Source of the DNA: an uncultured Spirochaetota bacterium
GTDB lineage: Bacteria; Spirochaetota; UBA4802; UBA5550
Assembly: GCA_963827275.1 (NCBI GenBank)
Contig: CAWHAA010000005.1
Coordinates: 448,001 to 512,000, forward strand
Length of the DNA stretch: 64,000 nt
Reading direction: 5' to 3'
This document shows positions 32,571 through 43,150 of the stretch, one piece after another (position 1 is the stretch's first letter; each line of letters opens with the position of its first letter). The notes below the pieces were generated by a model. That model did not search any database and was not told where the DNA came from. It saw only the letters and a list, made by a program, of their open reading frames with translations. Position numbers and translations under genes: made by a program.

Positions 32571-34988
32571 TCATGAACCGGCCGCGCGCCCGATGACATT
32601 CAGGGTGCCGCGGCGGCCGTCGATTTCCACGATATCGCCGTTCGAAAGGGCGCTCATTGCCCCCGGCACTCCCGTGATCATGGGCAGCCCGTATTCCCGG
32701 GCCACGACAGCGCCATGCGAAAGCATGCACCCGGTCTCCGTCACGAGGCCCCCCGCGATGCTGTAATAGGGGGTCCACCCGATATCGGTGAAGGAGGCGA
32801 CCATGATTTCCCCGCTCCGCAGGGACTCCGCGTCATTCACGCTGAATACCAGGCGGACGGCGCCGCGCACGATCCCGGCGCTCACGGGCATGCCCTGCAT
32901 GACCGTGCCGCTCCGGCCGGATGCGGACATGTCGAGGGGCACGGCAGCGCCGCGAAAGACATCGGGGTAGCGCCGGCACATCTGCTCGGGAAGCAGCCGC
33001 CGCCGCTTCGCGGCCTTCCGCACCAGGGACGGATTCCCGGTCCGCACAACATCGCCAAGCTCGCTGCGCGTAAAAAAGAAAATGAGGTCCCCGTCGGGGA
33101 TGACGCCCCGCTCGGCCAGGAGCGCGGCGAGCCTCCGGTAGGCGTGCTTGAACCTGCCCTGGATTTTTATTACCAGGGACTTGCAATGCTCGCGGCCGAA
33201 CACGCCGCTGCGGGCCTGCCTCACGGCCCAGCGGAACGCGCGGCCCGACAGGACCGGGTTGTCCGCGGGCAGAGTGACGGCCGCCGCCGCTTCCCTCTCC
33301 CGTCCGGCCGCGCCGCCTGCGGCCATGCGCTGGAGCATGACAACCAGTTGGGAAGGGTCCTCTCCCCAATCCTTTTCCCTGAGCTCCGCCTCGCGGATGC
33401 AGCGGTGGCCATGGCGCGCAAGGAGCGCCCGGAAGGCGACGCCATGCGTCCCGCTTGCCGCGCCGGCCAGCCACCGGGCCGCCGCGTCCGGGTCCATGGC
33501 CGCGAATGCATCGCGGACGGCGGCGTCGCACGCCATGCCGGCGGCGATCTCCTCCAGGGACCGCACCACGGCGGCGCTCTCGATCCCCTCGATAGCGCTG
33601 AGGAGGGAGGTCAGCGCGCCGTCAAGCTCCTCCGCCGGCACGCCCCCCTTCCGAAGGATCTCCTGCACGATCCCGTTCATGACCCCCGAATGGATGCTTA
33701 CGCAGAGATGCCGGGCGTAGGCCCGGTTCAGGACGGTGATGCGGCGCTCAATGGCTTCGTAGAGACGCAGCGGGTCGCTCTCCGACAGATCGATCGCGAA
33801 GGCCGCGGCCGTTTTCTCCAGGCGGCGGAGTGACACTCCCTTCTGCATCACATACCAGGCCATGCGGAAGCTGTTTACGAGCCGCACCGCGAAGGGGGCC
33901 GGGCCGCCCGCCGGGCCCTCGTCGAGGGCATGGCCGAGAAGGTTCTGCTCGTAGCTCTTCCGCGTCGTGCCCAGGACGCGGTCCGCCATGAGCAGCATCA
34001 GGTCCAGGTTGAAGAAGAGGTGCCCGCCGAACGAGACAACGAACCGCTCGTCCCGGTTCGCGCGCGTAAGGGCGCCGGCGGTGCGGTAAAAATAGCGCAC
34101 GCAGAAATCGATGGCATCGCCGAACACGTTCATGGTAAGGGGCGTGACCGCCCCGGGCATCATCTCGCCGATGTTGGCGCGCGTGAAGAACTGGCCGTCC
34201 CGCGCCGGGTAGTCAAACTCGTCCGCGCCGGGGCCCTCGAGGGTCGTAATCGGCCGCGCCTGGAGCCAGTAGAGGCTTCCCGAATCGTCCACGGCCCATT
34301 CAAGGTCCAGGTGCCGCTTCATCTGTTCCGCGGCGATGCGGGACTGGCGCGCCAGCTCCCGCGCGAGATCAGCGCCGATCAGGGGGCCGCCCGGGGCCGG
34401 CTCCTCACTGACGGTCCTGCCGCCGCCGTCGACGCGATAGCGGCTGGCAAGCCGTTCGCCGCTCACCAGGGATTCGCCGAGCCCGTGGACCGCTTCGATG
34501 AGCGCGCACTCCGTGTCTCCCGTAACCGGATCGGCCGTAAAAATGACGCCGGCATAGCGCGGAGCGACCATGCGCTGGACCACCACTGCCATGGGCGCGG
34601 CGGCTCCTTCCGTCATCGTGCCGCGGTACGCGGCGACGCGGTCCGACCCGGCGGACATGGCGCATGACCTGACCGCGTCCCTGAGGCCGGTCAGTGAATC
34701 GATATTGAGGTGCGTGGCGAACTGCCCCGCGAAGGAGGCCCCTTCCCCGTCCTCGTCGCAAGCGGATGACCGCACCGCCCACGGACCGGGGCCGATAAGC
34801 CCGGGCACCGCGGCGACCGCCTCCTCCGTTACGCGGGCCGGGTCACGTATCACCAGGGCCGGGGGAACATTAAGCCCTGCGCTCATCAACGCCCGGAGAC
34901 CCGCTGCCTTGCCGCCGCCTTCACCTTCAGCAAGATCGCAGAGCCGCACCAGGGCCGGCGCGCCCTCTATTTTTTCAATGAAGGTCAT
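32571..34988 (-). CDS. PEP-synthase-like phosphotransferase (RPH/PigC domain order)
   Basis: GGKAAGL, AVRSSACDED..SFAGQF, MAVVVQRM, GLGESLVSG, DLEWA, LQARPITT; C-terminal swivel domain MLSHGAVVAREYGLP. Confidence 0.85.
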   Translation of the reverse strand: MTFIEKIEGAPALVRLCDLAEGEGGGKAAGLRALMSAGLNVPPALVIRDPARVTEEAVAAVPGLIGPGPWAVRSSACDEDGEGASFAGQFATHLNIDSLTGLRDAVRSCAMSAGSDRVAAYRGTMTEGAAAPMAVVVQRMVAPRYAGVIFTADPVTGDTECALIEAVHGLGESLVSGERLASRYRVDGGGRTVSEEPAPGGPLIGADLARELARQSRIAAEQMKRHLDLEWAVDDSGSLYWLQARPITTLEGPGADEFDYPARDGQFFTRANIGEMMPGAVTPLTMNVFGDAIDFCVRYFYRTAGALTRANRDERFVVSFGGHLFFNLDLMLLMADRVLGTTRKSYEQNLLGHALDEGPAGGPAPFAVRLVNSFRMAWYVMQKGVSLRRLEKTAAAFAIDLSESDPLRLYEAIERRITVLNRAYARHLCVSIHSGVMNGIVQEILRKGGVPAEELDGALTSLLSAIEGIESAAVVRSLEEIAAGMACDAAVRDAFAAMDPDAAARWLAGAASGTHGVAFRALLARHGHRCIREAELREKDWGEDPSQLVVMLQRMAAGGAAGREREAAAAVTLPADNPVLSGRAFRWAVRQARSGVFGREHCKSLVIKIQGRFKHAYRRLAALLAERGVIPDGDLIFFFTRSELGDVVRTGNPSLVRKAAKRRRLLPEQMCRRYPDVFRGAAVPLDMSASGRSGTVMQGMPVSAGIVRGAVRLVFSVNDAESLRSGEIMVASFTDIGWTPYYSIAGGLVTETGCMLSHGAVVAREYGLPMITGVPGAMSALSNGDIVEIDGRRGTLNVIGRAAGS

Positions 34989-35997
34989 AATCGAAGCGGC
35001 GCACGTTGTAGCCGAATTCGCAGATGCCCCTGCCGGGGACGCCGTCCAGGGTAAAGGCGGATACCCATTCGCAGACGCGGTACACGTCATCCATGAGCCA
35101 TCTGAATTCCGGCCCCCTGACGCATGATGCCGTAAGCCGCCGCCCGTCGGCCAGGTCCAGGTTGAAACGGAACGAAGCAGGCGGTCCTTCGCCGGGGGCA
35201 ATCCCGGCGAAGGGCGTGGACTCGGCAACGGGCGTGTAGCGGCCGTCCTTAGCGTAAAAACCCGCCTTTATCCTGATAAACGGATATTCGGGCAGGCTCA
35301 GGTTCACGAAGGAGCCGTCGTCGAGGCAGAGGCAGAGCCAGACGTGACGGTCCAGGGCGTCCCAGGAGCGGGGCCCGAAGGAATGGTCGCGAATATACTT
35401 CATGGCGAGCGCGCGCGTTTCCCCGTCGACGGACAGCGAGCCGGTGAGGTCGCCGCCCTGCTCGTAGTGGTGCTGGTGCATGCCGCGCAGCGTAAGAAAA
35501 AATTCCTTCGACCATCTCTCCGCCGCCATGGCGCGCGCCATCGGCGCGGGGCCCATGTCGTTGGTAAAGTGGAAAATCGGGAATGCGGAGGTGAGCCCGG
35601 CATTGAACCTGACCCTTGCCGGCCGCCCCTTCTCATCCATCATCGTGCCCGCAAAGGAAAGCTCGAATTTTTTTTCCGGCTCGCGGCAGATTATTGTAAG
35701 CGGGCTGCCCTCGAAACCCGTGATCGATTGCTGCAGCACTTCGGGAACGGAGAGGCGTCCGCGCCCCGGGAGGCTCAGGGAGAACCAGAGCTCGAACGCG
35801 CCCGTGCCGCGGCCCGCCAGCCGCAGGATAACGGCGGTGCCGTCCGGCGCATGGCCCGTGAAATAGTAGCTGTTGTTGTATTCCGGCACCGACCGGTCAA
35901 CAGACAGGTCCCGTTCCGCCGCGGCGGCATCAAAATCAGAGCCGCGAATGCTCCGCCCGACCATGGCTTTCGCCAGGCAGTATTTAATGGGATTCAC
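34975..35997 (-). CDS. Uncharacterised beta-rich protein coupled to the phosphotransferase
   Basis: NSYYF, HYEQGG, RDHSFGPRSW, G.GICEF motifs; GGAGG RBS and GTG start; 14-bp overlap with the downstream gene. Confidence 0.75.
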   Translation of the reverse strand: MNPIKYCLAKAMVGRSIRGSDFDAAAAERDLSVDRSVPEYNNSYYFTGHAPDGTAVILRLAGRGTGAFELWFSLSLPGRGRLSVPEVLQQSITGFEGSPLTIICREPEKKFELSFAGTMMDEKGRPARVRFNAGLTSAFPIFHFTNDMGPAPMARAMAAERWSKEFFLTLRGMHQHHYEQGGDLTGSLSVDGETRALAMKYIRDHSFGPRSWDALDRHVWLCLCLDDGSFVNLSLPEYPFIRIKAGFYAKDGRYTPVAESTPFAGIAPGEGPPASFRFNLDLADGRRLTASCVRGPEFRWLMDDVYRVCEWVSAFTLDGVPGRGICEFGYNVRRFDYDLH

Positions 35998-36232
35998 GAG
36001 AGGTAAACCTCCTATTTCAGCTCGAGGAGAGACAGGGCCCCCCTCTGACGCGGCCTGATGGGCGCGAAGCCCACTCTTATATATTTCAGGAGCGCGTCTT
36101 GTACGGTAATGGGGTAGTATATTGCAGAATCCGCTCGTCCTGTAAAGAAGAATTTTAAGAACGGGAAAACCGGCGCGGTTGTCTCAACAATGACGGCGCT
36201 TAAAACTCGTCCCCGGCCGCATCCTTATTCCG

Positions 36233-37531
36233 CTACTTTATTTTTTTCACCAGCACTTTATCGATCCTGTTGCCATCCATATCGACAACCTCGAAAGAAT
36301 GGCCCCCGTGCCTGAGCGTTTCACCCGTCTTCGGGATCCGACCGGCATGTTCCATGATAAATCCGGCGAGGGTATTATACGCGCCGTCCCCGGAAATATC
36401 CAGATTGAAATGCTCCATGAAATCATCCACCGATATCATCCCGTCGACAAGAAAGCTCCCGTCCCTGCGCCGCGTGATTTTCCGGCTCTCTTCCTCAGGC
36501 ACTTCCGGCACATCACCCACAATTTCCTCGATGACGTCATGCAAAGTAACGATGCCGGTCACTCCCCCGTACTCGTCGATGGCGAAGGCGATATGGGATT
36601 TGTTCGCCTTGAACAGCTCCAGCAGCTTGAGGGGGCTGATGCTCTCGGGCGCATACATCGGCTTTTCAATATGCCGCGCAAGCGACCTGTATTCGCCCCG
36701 GACGATCTTTCTTAAAACGTCCCGTGTCTTGATCACGCCGATGACATGGTCCAGCCCGTTTCTGCACACGGGCAGGTACGGATAATCCCCGAACTCGATT
36801 ATCCTTTCCCTGATTTTCTTCGCGGCTTCCGTTATCTCGATGTATTTAATGTCCGGCCTCGGTGTCATGATGGAGGCGATCCTGTTCCCATGAAGATCGA
36901 ACACTCCTTCGACCATCTCGGCCTGCTGCTTTTTGATCAGGCCGAACGCCTCCCCCTCCTTGATGAGCACCTTGATCTCCTCCTCCGTGACAGGAGGCTC
37001 CTCCTTGTGAACGCTTTTTGACCCAAGGAGATTCATGATAACATTGGTAATGACGGTAAACAGACGGACCAGCGGCATCAATATGATGGACACCATTTTC
37101 ATGGGGTACACGACAATAGACGCTATACGCTCGGGCCTGCCCAGGGCAATGCGCTTGGGGATGAGCTCGCCAAGGAGTATTGTGATGAACGTTATCGAAA
37201 CAACCAGTATCGCGGTACTGAGGAAATCGCCGTACCGGGCAATCGCCGGCACCGTCACAAAATACGCCCGGAGGCTCTCCGCGATTGTCTCCTCGCCATA
37301 CGCCCCGGCGAGGATGCCGATAAGGGTTATCCCGATCTGGATCGTTGACAGAAAAGAGGTGGGCGATTCCACCAGCGCCAGCACCGCGCGGTAGGATGCG
37401 CGCCCCTCATCAGCCTTGGCTTTCAGACGCAGCTTCCGTGACGAAACCACCGCCATTTCCGACATTGAGAACAACCCGTTCAGGAGCACCATGGAAAAAA
37501 TCACCAGTATAGCAAACAGTTCATTTGACAT
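36233..37531 (-). CDS. HlyC/CorC (CNNM) family protein: TM domain, CBS pair, CorC domain
   Basis: NGLFSMSEMAVVS, FLSTIQIGIT, GELIPK, IMTPR, DEYGG..GIVTLHD.IEEIVG, YNTLAG. Confidence 0.9.
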   Translation of the reverse strand: MSNELFAILVIFSMVLLNGLFSMSEMAVVSSRKLRLKAKADEGRASYRAVLALVESPTSFLSTIQIGITLIGILAGAYGEETIAESLRAYFVTVPAIARYGDFLSTAILVVSITFITILLGELIPKRIALGRPERIASIVVYPMKMVSIILMPLVRLFTVITNVIMNLLGSKSVHKEEPPVTEEEIKVLIKEGEAFGLIKKQQAEMVEGVFDLHGNRIASIMTPRPDIKYIEITEAAKKIRERIIEFGDYPYLPVCRNGLDHVIGVIKTRDVLRKIVRGEYRSLARHIEKPMYAPESISPLKLLELFKANKSHIAFAIDEYGGVTGIVTLHDVIEEIVGDVPEVPEEESRKITRRRDGSFLVDGMISVDDFMEHFNLDISGDGAYNTLAGFIMEHAGRIPKTGETLRHGGHSFEVVDMDGNRIDKVLVKKIK

Positions 37532-37784
37532 AACCGTACACCCCTGTCCTCTCTTACAGAATCCATAGTCAAATCATGCGGATTATCTTCATTAATTATA
37601 ATGTATCGTAAAGAATAAAATCAACCGGAAAAACATCAGGGCAGGAAATATAGGGGCATCAGGATACAATTTCTTAAAATAAAATAATCACCATGGCCGG
37701 CGGGGCGTTCGTCATGGCGTTGTCTCCGACATCATATACGCTGACCGGGGTGTGTACTGTTCTCATGCGCGCCGCGGTGCAGCA

Positions 37785-38684
37785 TCACCGTGACCTGAAC
37801 AACCCGTTCTTCATGACCTCCTGTCCGGCGCTGTTAAAAACGGCAAAGGGCTGCTCACCCGGGGCTGAAGGCGCATAGCCGACGAGTGTCAGCGACTGCC
37901 CGGGAAGGACGAACCCCGAAAACCGGCCCCTGACAGACTTCAGCCGGGAGAGGTCGTCCGCCAGTTGCCGCCGGGTCAGCGACGAGCAGCACATGGCCAT
38001 GAAGCATACCCCGTGGAGGATCGTGCGCGGAAGGCCGGACATCCTCGCCAGCACGTGGCTTGTATGGATAAAATTATTATCCCCCGAGACCGCGGCATAG
38101 GCGAGCTGTTGTCCCTCCCAGGTGCTGATTTCGGCGCGGAAACTCTCCCCCCTTGCCGGCCGCGTGCCGGCCGCGCGCTTCTCACGGACCGGCCTCGTTC
38201 CGCCGCCCCTGACCAGGAACCCCATCAGGGCCTCCACGGCGAGGGCGTCCCCGATAAAACCCTGCGCGCTGACGGTCATCATCTCACCGGCGGGAGTGTC
38301 ATGGATGTCTTTGACAAAGACCCTTCCCCGGACGCGGTCGCCGATACGCACCGGGACATGCCAGGCCACCTCCTGTTCGCCATGCACCATCTTCAGGAGA
38401 TTCAGCCCCAGGTCCCTGTGGGTGAGAACGCGTATCAGCTGATCATGGACCAGGCCCGAGAGGAAAAAAGGAGGAACGATCGCCCGCTCCTTTGCGTATT
38501 CGGGATTGGTGTCGCCGGTGGCCCGCGCATACGACAGCACCCTGTCGCGCTCCACCGTGACCTCGCACTCATCGATGGCGTAGCCGATCATCTCCCGGTT
38601 CAACGCCCGTGAATTGATGTTCCTCATGAGGGCAGTGAAAAGCCCCATGGTCCCGGGTCTGCCCGCCTGTTTTGTTCTGTTCAT
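37785..38684 (-). CDS. MaoC-like double hot-dog (R)-hydratase/dehydratase
   Basis: YARATGDTNP, VHGEQE, hydratase-2 motif YAAVSGDNNFIH, ILHG. Confidence 0.82.
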   Translation of the reverse strand: MNRTKQAGRPGTMGLFTALMRNINSRALNREMIGYAIDECEVTVERDRVLSYARATGDTNPEYAKERAIVPPFFLSGLVHDQLIRVLTHRDLGLNLLKMVHGEQEVAWHVPVRIGDRVRGRVFVKDIHDTPAGEMMTVSAQGFIGDALAVEALMGFLVRGGGTRPVREKRAAGTRPARGESFRAEISTWEGQQLAYAAVSGDNNFIHTSHVLARMSGLPRTILHGVCFMAMCCSSLTRRQLADDLSRLKSVRGRFSGFVLPGQSLTLVGYAPSAPGEQPFAVFNSAGQEVMKNGLFRSR

Positions 38685-38793
38685 AACGTCCTCGCCATTA
38701 CGGGAATGGCCGCGCCGAAGCAGGATTATCCCGTATTTCTGTCTGCTGTTATAAATGAAAGTACACCACACGGCGGGGATTAATCTTCCTCTA

Positions 38794-38871
38794 TCATGAT
38801 TTTAAAGGTAATGCCTATTTAAAAATCATGATTTCGGAAGGCGGAACGGTTCAATTCTTCATGATTTCGGA
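38794..38871. promoter_or_regulatory. Three phased TCATGATTT(CGGA) direct repeats between the divergent maoC-like and araC-like genes
   Basis: Copies start at 38794, 38826 and 38859 (spacing 32 and 33 bp). Confidence 0.65.
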
Positions 38872-38988
38872 GTCACCGACTGATAAAAATTTGACAAACA
38901 CGATGCTCCTGTTATATATTCCCCACACGGTGTCGGCAGGTTCTCAGAACAGGTGCGCCCGCACTGGAAAATTGGACCAGGTCAACCC

Positions 38989-40110
38989 ATGAACGTTACT
39001 CTTCAGGAACTCATTATTTTTTTCAGCGGAGTGCTGTACCTGCTCAGCGCCGTGATTTATCTGTTCGAAAAAGGCAAAACGGCGGCCCATTTCGTGCTTA
39101 TCGTCCTGTTATTCGCCGTGGGGATATGGCAGCTGTACCATGGCTGCATGGTGTCCGGCCTGCTGATGCGATACCCCCACCTCGCGCTCGTCCACGTGCC
39201 GGCCCTCTACCTCACCGCGCCGTTGCTCTATTTTTTCTTCAAGACCCTTGCCGGTGACAACCTTGAATTTACCTGGAAATCGGGCCTCCACCTGCTCCCG
39301 TGCATTTTCCTGACCATACTGTTGCTCCCTTTTTACCTTGAAACGCCGGGCGTAAAGCGCGAGCTGATACAGAACCCGCTCAACAAATCACTTGAATACC
39401 CCTTTTATCCGGTGATCATATTTATCTTCATCATCGCCATCAGCGCGTATGCCGCGATTTTTATCGTGCGCGGCCTGCCGCTTTTCAGGAAAAAAACGCT
39501 CTCCATAAAAAACATGACCTTCTTCTCCCTGCTCGTCATAGCCCTTAACTATTTCCTGATAATATTCTACCTCTTCGGGTTCACCATGGTAAAGCTGTTC
39601 AATGCCACCCAGACCTTTTACCTCTCCGTCATAAAAACGATCTCACTGGTCCAGGCGCTCCAGATCTGCCTGTTCATGATCATAAAAACGAGATATCCCG
39701 ACTATTTCAAGCAGATCAGGGAGGAGGGACAGCGGATACGCTACGCCGCTTCACGGATCGAGGGACTCGACGTGCGGGACGTCCTGGACAGGCTTGCCCA
39801 GCTGATGGAGGTAGAGAAGATTTTCTGCGATGAAGACCTGTCCCTGGTGGGGCTGGCAAACCAGCTCGACATCTCGCACTACCAGCTGTCGCAGATCCTG
39901 AACGAGCGCCTCGGGAAAAATTTCAACGCCTACATCAACGAATACCGGATACGGGAGGCGGAAAAACTGCTGATGGAGGAACCGGACCGCTCCGTCACCA
40001 GCATCTCGTACGCCGTCGGTTTTAACACGATTTCGTCGTTTTACAATGCCTTTTCAAAAACACATAACATGTCACCGGCGGCGTTCAGGAAAAACGCGGG
40101 GAACGAATAG
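38989..40110 (+). CDS. Membrane-anchored AraC-family regulator
   Basis: About 6-7 TM helices, then YQLSQILNERLGKNFNAYINEYRI...AVGFNTISSFYNAF. Confidence 0.88.
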   Translation: MNVTLQELIIFFSGVLYLLSAVIYLFEKGKTAAHFVLIVLLFAVGIWQLYHGCMVSGLLMRYPHLALVHVPALYLTAPLLYFFFKTLAGDNLEFTWKSGLHLLPCIFLTILLLPFYLETPGVKRELIQNPLNKSLEYPFYPVIIFIFIIAISAYAAIFIVRGLPLFRKKTLSIKNMTFFSLLVIALNYFLIIFYLFGFTMVKLFNATQTFYLSVIKTISLVQALQICLFMIIKTRYPDYFKQIREEGQRIRYAASRIEGLDVRDVLDRLAQLMEVEKIFCDEDLSLVGLANQLDISHYQLSQILNERLGKNFNAYINEYRIREAEKLLMEEPDRSVTSISYAVGFNTISSFYNAFSKTHNMSPAAFRKNAGNE

Positions 40111-40160
40111 CCCTCCCGCCAGGGGCGCCGGTGAATTTTAATACCAGGGGGCATATCACC

Positions 40161-41750
40161 ATGAAAAAAATCGGGATGACGGCGACTGCGCAACAAAAAA
40201 CAGCGGCCGGCCCCATACCGGGACATACCCTGCTGCTGGCGCTGCTGTTGTGCGCCTGCCTCTCCGGCTGCGGCAGCTGCAAGAAGGGAAGCAGCGGCAT
40301 TGACAACATCGTCTGGTTCCCTTTCGAGCACCGCCTGGCGCAGGACTCCCCCTGGCCGATGTTTCAGCATGACGCTTCGCACACCGGCCGCTCGCCCCGC
40401 AGCGGCCCCGACAGCGTATCTTCCATAGAAGAAATCGACCTGTGCTGCTTCGGCTTTTTCGGGTCGCCGGTGGTAGACGCTGATTCAAATGTCTATATCG
40501 GATCGATCCGCTCCGCAGAATTTGAACTCACTGCGAACACCTGGCCGATCCCGTGGCAGGCGCCTCCGGCATATTCCATGCGATCGGCCCCGCCGGCACG
40601 CCGCTGGCCGGCTTTCCCTTCGATTCCGGGCGCGGGAGCGTGCTGGCGACTGCGATCGAGTGCGCGCCCCTTCTGCTCGATGACGGCAGCATCCTGTTCG
40701 GGAAGGACGACGGGTACATGTACCGCCTCGGGCCCGGCGGCGCGCCGGTATGGGAAGCCGCGTCGGATGACCCGTTCAACCCGCTCAGCCCCACCGACGA
40801 CAACGAGCAGATGATCCCGTCGCCGCTCCTGGGCCCCGGCAACACGGTATTCTTCCTCAGCCACTTTGCCGACGTGTACGGGCCCGGGCCTGTAGAAGAC
40901 GTAGTCGCCACGCATGCCCCTCGATCGATTACTTTAAAATCACCGCGACCCCCTGGTATTCCAAGCTTTACGCCCTCGATGTCGCAAGCGGCGGGCGCCG
41001 GTGGGTCTTTGACCCGGAGGCGGAGGGCTACGATCCCATGGTGGGATGGGGATCGCCCGCGCTGGGTGCAGACGGCTCCTGCATCATCGGGCTCATGCGT
41101 ACCACCCTGGTGGCGATGGACCACTACGTGCCGACCACGGGCCGGGTGTTGGCCATAGGCCCTGACGGGAGGCCCAGGTGGGTCTTCCCTTCGGGAGAGG
41201 ATCTGGATTATTCAATCTGGGCTTCCCCGGTCATCGCCCCTTCCGGCGACATCTATATCGGGGCAAGCGACTATCTCTATAATGGAAGCGCATGCCTCTA
41301 CTCGCTCACCGCCGAAGGCGTGGAGCGCTGGCATTATGATTTTCCCGCGGATGAAAACACGATCGCGGCCACTCCCGCGCTCCGCTCGGACGGGAGCATC
41401 ATCGTCGCCACGCAAAGGCGCAATACGACAGATCCGGTCGAACGCTACGGCGCGGTCTATGCCCTTGACGACCAGGGCGCCCTCCTGTGGCGCTACCCGG
41501 CGGCAGGGACGGTCCCGGCCGGCTTCTATTCCTCGCCGCTGGTCGATGCTTCCGACCGCGTGTATATCGCAAACGAGCCGTTCCCCTGGGTGTCGGGCAC
41601 GGGCCTTCTCCTGTGCCTGGACAGCACGGGCGATCTCCTGTTCGAGCGAGAGCGCTGGGCGACTATGTGCACGGCAGCCTGGCGCTCGGTCCTGACGGGG
41701 CGCTCTACGTTCCCCTGCGCAGCCCGTCCCGTCTTCTTATAATCAGGTGA
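40161..41750 (+). CDS. PQQ-like/BamB-like beta-propeller (lipo)protein, split by several frameshifts
   Basis: Signal with LSGC, SPWPMFQHDASHTGRS, repeated SP.....G.IY.G...G..RW blades across frames 40131, 40553, 41038 and 41487. Confidence 0.7.
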
Positions 41751-41878
41751 TTGTTCGCCGCGCCGCGAACCTGCCCGGGTCATTTCCGCAACAACGCCAG
41801 AAAGCACGGCTTATAAACCGGCACGACCCCGGCACGGCGTCCCCGGGGACCCGCGGCGCCGTGCCGATAAAAAACAAT

Positions 41879-41975
41879 TTGACAAAAAACCCGGCGAAAC
41901 TATCATTTTATTATAGTGATTAAACATACATATCTTTTCATACTTAATTTAATTCTTAATTAATGTAATTAAGAA
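41879..41975 (+). promoter_or_regulatory. Promoter and palindromic operator of the steroid-type dehydrogenase operon
   Basis: TTGACA (41879)-16 bp-TATCAT; inverted repeat TTCTTAATTA-ATG-TAATTAAGAA at 41953-41975. Confidence 0.55.
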
Positions 41976-41999
41976 AACTATCATTAAAGAGTCATTCCA

Positions 42000-43043
42000 A
42001 TGGCAAAAACTAAACCTGCGTTTGGTCCCGCATGCCTTGTTACGGGCGGATCGGGATTTCTTGGCCGCGCCCTCACAAAAGCCCTGCTCGAACGGGGCTG
42101 TACCGTGCATTCCTTCGACATACGGCCCGGCACGGACCATCACCCCCGCGTCAACTATTTTACCGGGGACATCAGGGACTACGGCGCGGTCCGCGCCGCG
42201 ACCGAGGGGTGCGCCACGGTCTTCCACTGCGCCGCCGTGATGAACTTTCTCGGCATCTGCCGTCCGTCGGTGCGCCGCGAGGTGTACGGCATCAACGTCG
42301 CCGGCACGGAAAACGTCATCAGGGCCTGCCGGAAAGCCGGCGTGAAAGCGCTGGTCTACACGAGCTCGCATTGCGTCTGCTTCGATACGAGGCCGGTCAT
42401 CGCCGGCGACGAGTCGAAGCCCTACGCGAGGCGCTATCTCGACCTGTACGGGGAGACGAAGAGCGCCGCGGAGAAGCTCGTCCTTGCCGCGGACGATGAG
42501 GGCGGGCTGCGGACCGCATCGCTGCGCCCCGGCGGCCTGTGGGGCTCTTCCGACGACTGCTACATGTTCGCCAAGTTCATACAGCAGCTGGTGAATGGAA
42601 AGCTCGTTGCCACCATCGGCTCCGCCGACGCCGTCATCGACAACACCCATGTCGACAACCTCGTCCAGGCCGAGGTCCTCGCCGCCGAGGCCCTGGTGAA
42701 AAAACCGGGGGTCGCCGGCGGACAGGCCTATTTCATCGTCGATGACGAGCCGATGAACCTGATGCAATGGTTCCGGCCCCTCATCGAGGGACTCGGCTAC
42801 CGGTTCCCGAAGCGCTCCATTCCGGCCCTGCCGATGTACGCCCTCGGGTTTCTTTCGGAATGCCTGCATTTCATCGGCGGCCCCCGTCCCTTCATTACGC
42901 GGCTCGAGGTGCACAACCTCACCGCGAAATTCACCTTCCGGCAGGACAAGGCGCGCCGCGATCTCGGTTTCAAGCCGATCATCGGCTGTGAGAAAGGGAT
43001 GAAGGAATGCATCGAGTTTTATAAAAAGTATATTACCAATTAA
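42000..43043 (+). CDS. 3-beta-hydroxysteroid dehydrogenase/isomerase-family extended SDR
   Basis: TGGSGFLG, VFHCAA, INVAGTENVI.AC, VYTSS, YGETK, LRPGGLWG, HVDNL, GQAYFIVDDEP. Confidence 0.8.
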   Translation: MAKTKPAFGPACLVTGGSGFLGRALTKALLERGCTVHSFDIRPGTDHHPRVNYFTGDIRDYGAVRAATEGCATVFHCAAVMNFLGICRPSVRREVYGINVAGTENVIRACRKAGVKALVYTSSHCVCFDTRPVIAGDESKPYARRYLDLYGETKSAAEKLVLAADDEGGLRTASLRPGGLWGSSDDCYMFAKFIQQLVNGKLVATIGSADAVIDNTHVDNLVQAEVLAAEALVKKPGVAGGQAYFIVDDEPMNLMQWFRPLIEGLGYRFPKRSIPALPMYALGFLSECLHFIGGPRPFITRLEVHNLTAKFTFRQDKARRDLGFKPIIGCEKGMKECIEFYKKYITN

Positions 43044-43150
43044 GAAAAGACCGGGGATGAACGTCCGCTCGTATTGGAATCAGCTGGCCCGATGATCAGA
43101 GGGCCTGACGGCGCGGCACAACGGCCGCACAGGAAGAGGAGCAAGCCATC

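Noticed and set aside
36010..36080. Hairpins with CTGATG resembling a hammerhead ribozyme or fluoride riboswitch
   Set aside because: The CTGATGA...GAAA core and the fluoride pseudoknot pairing are missing
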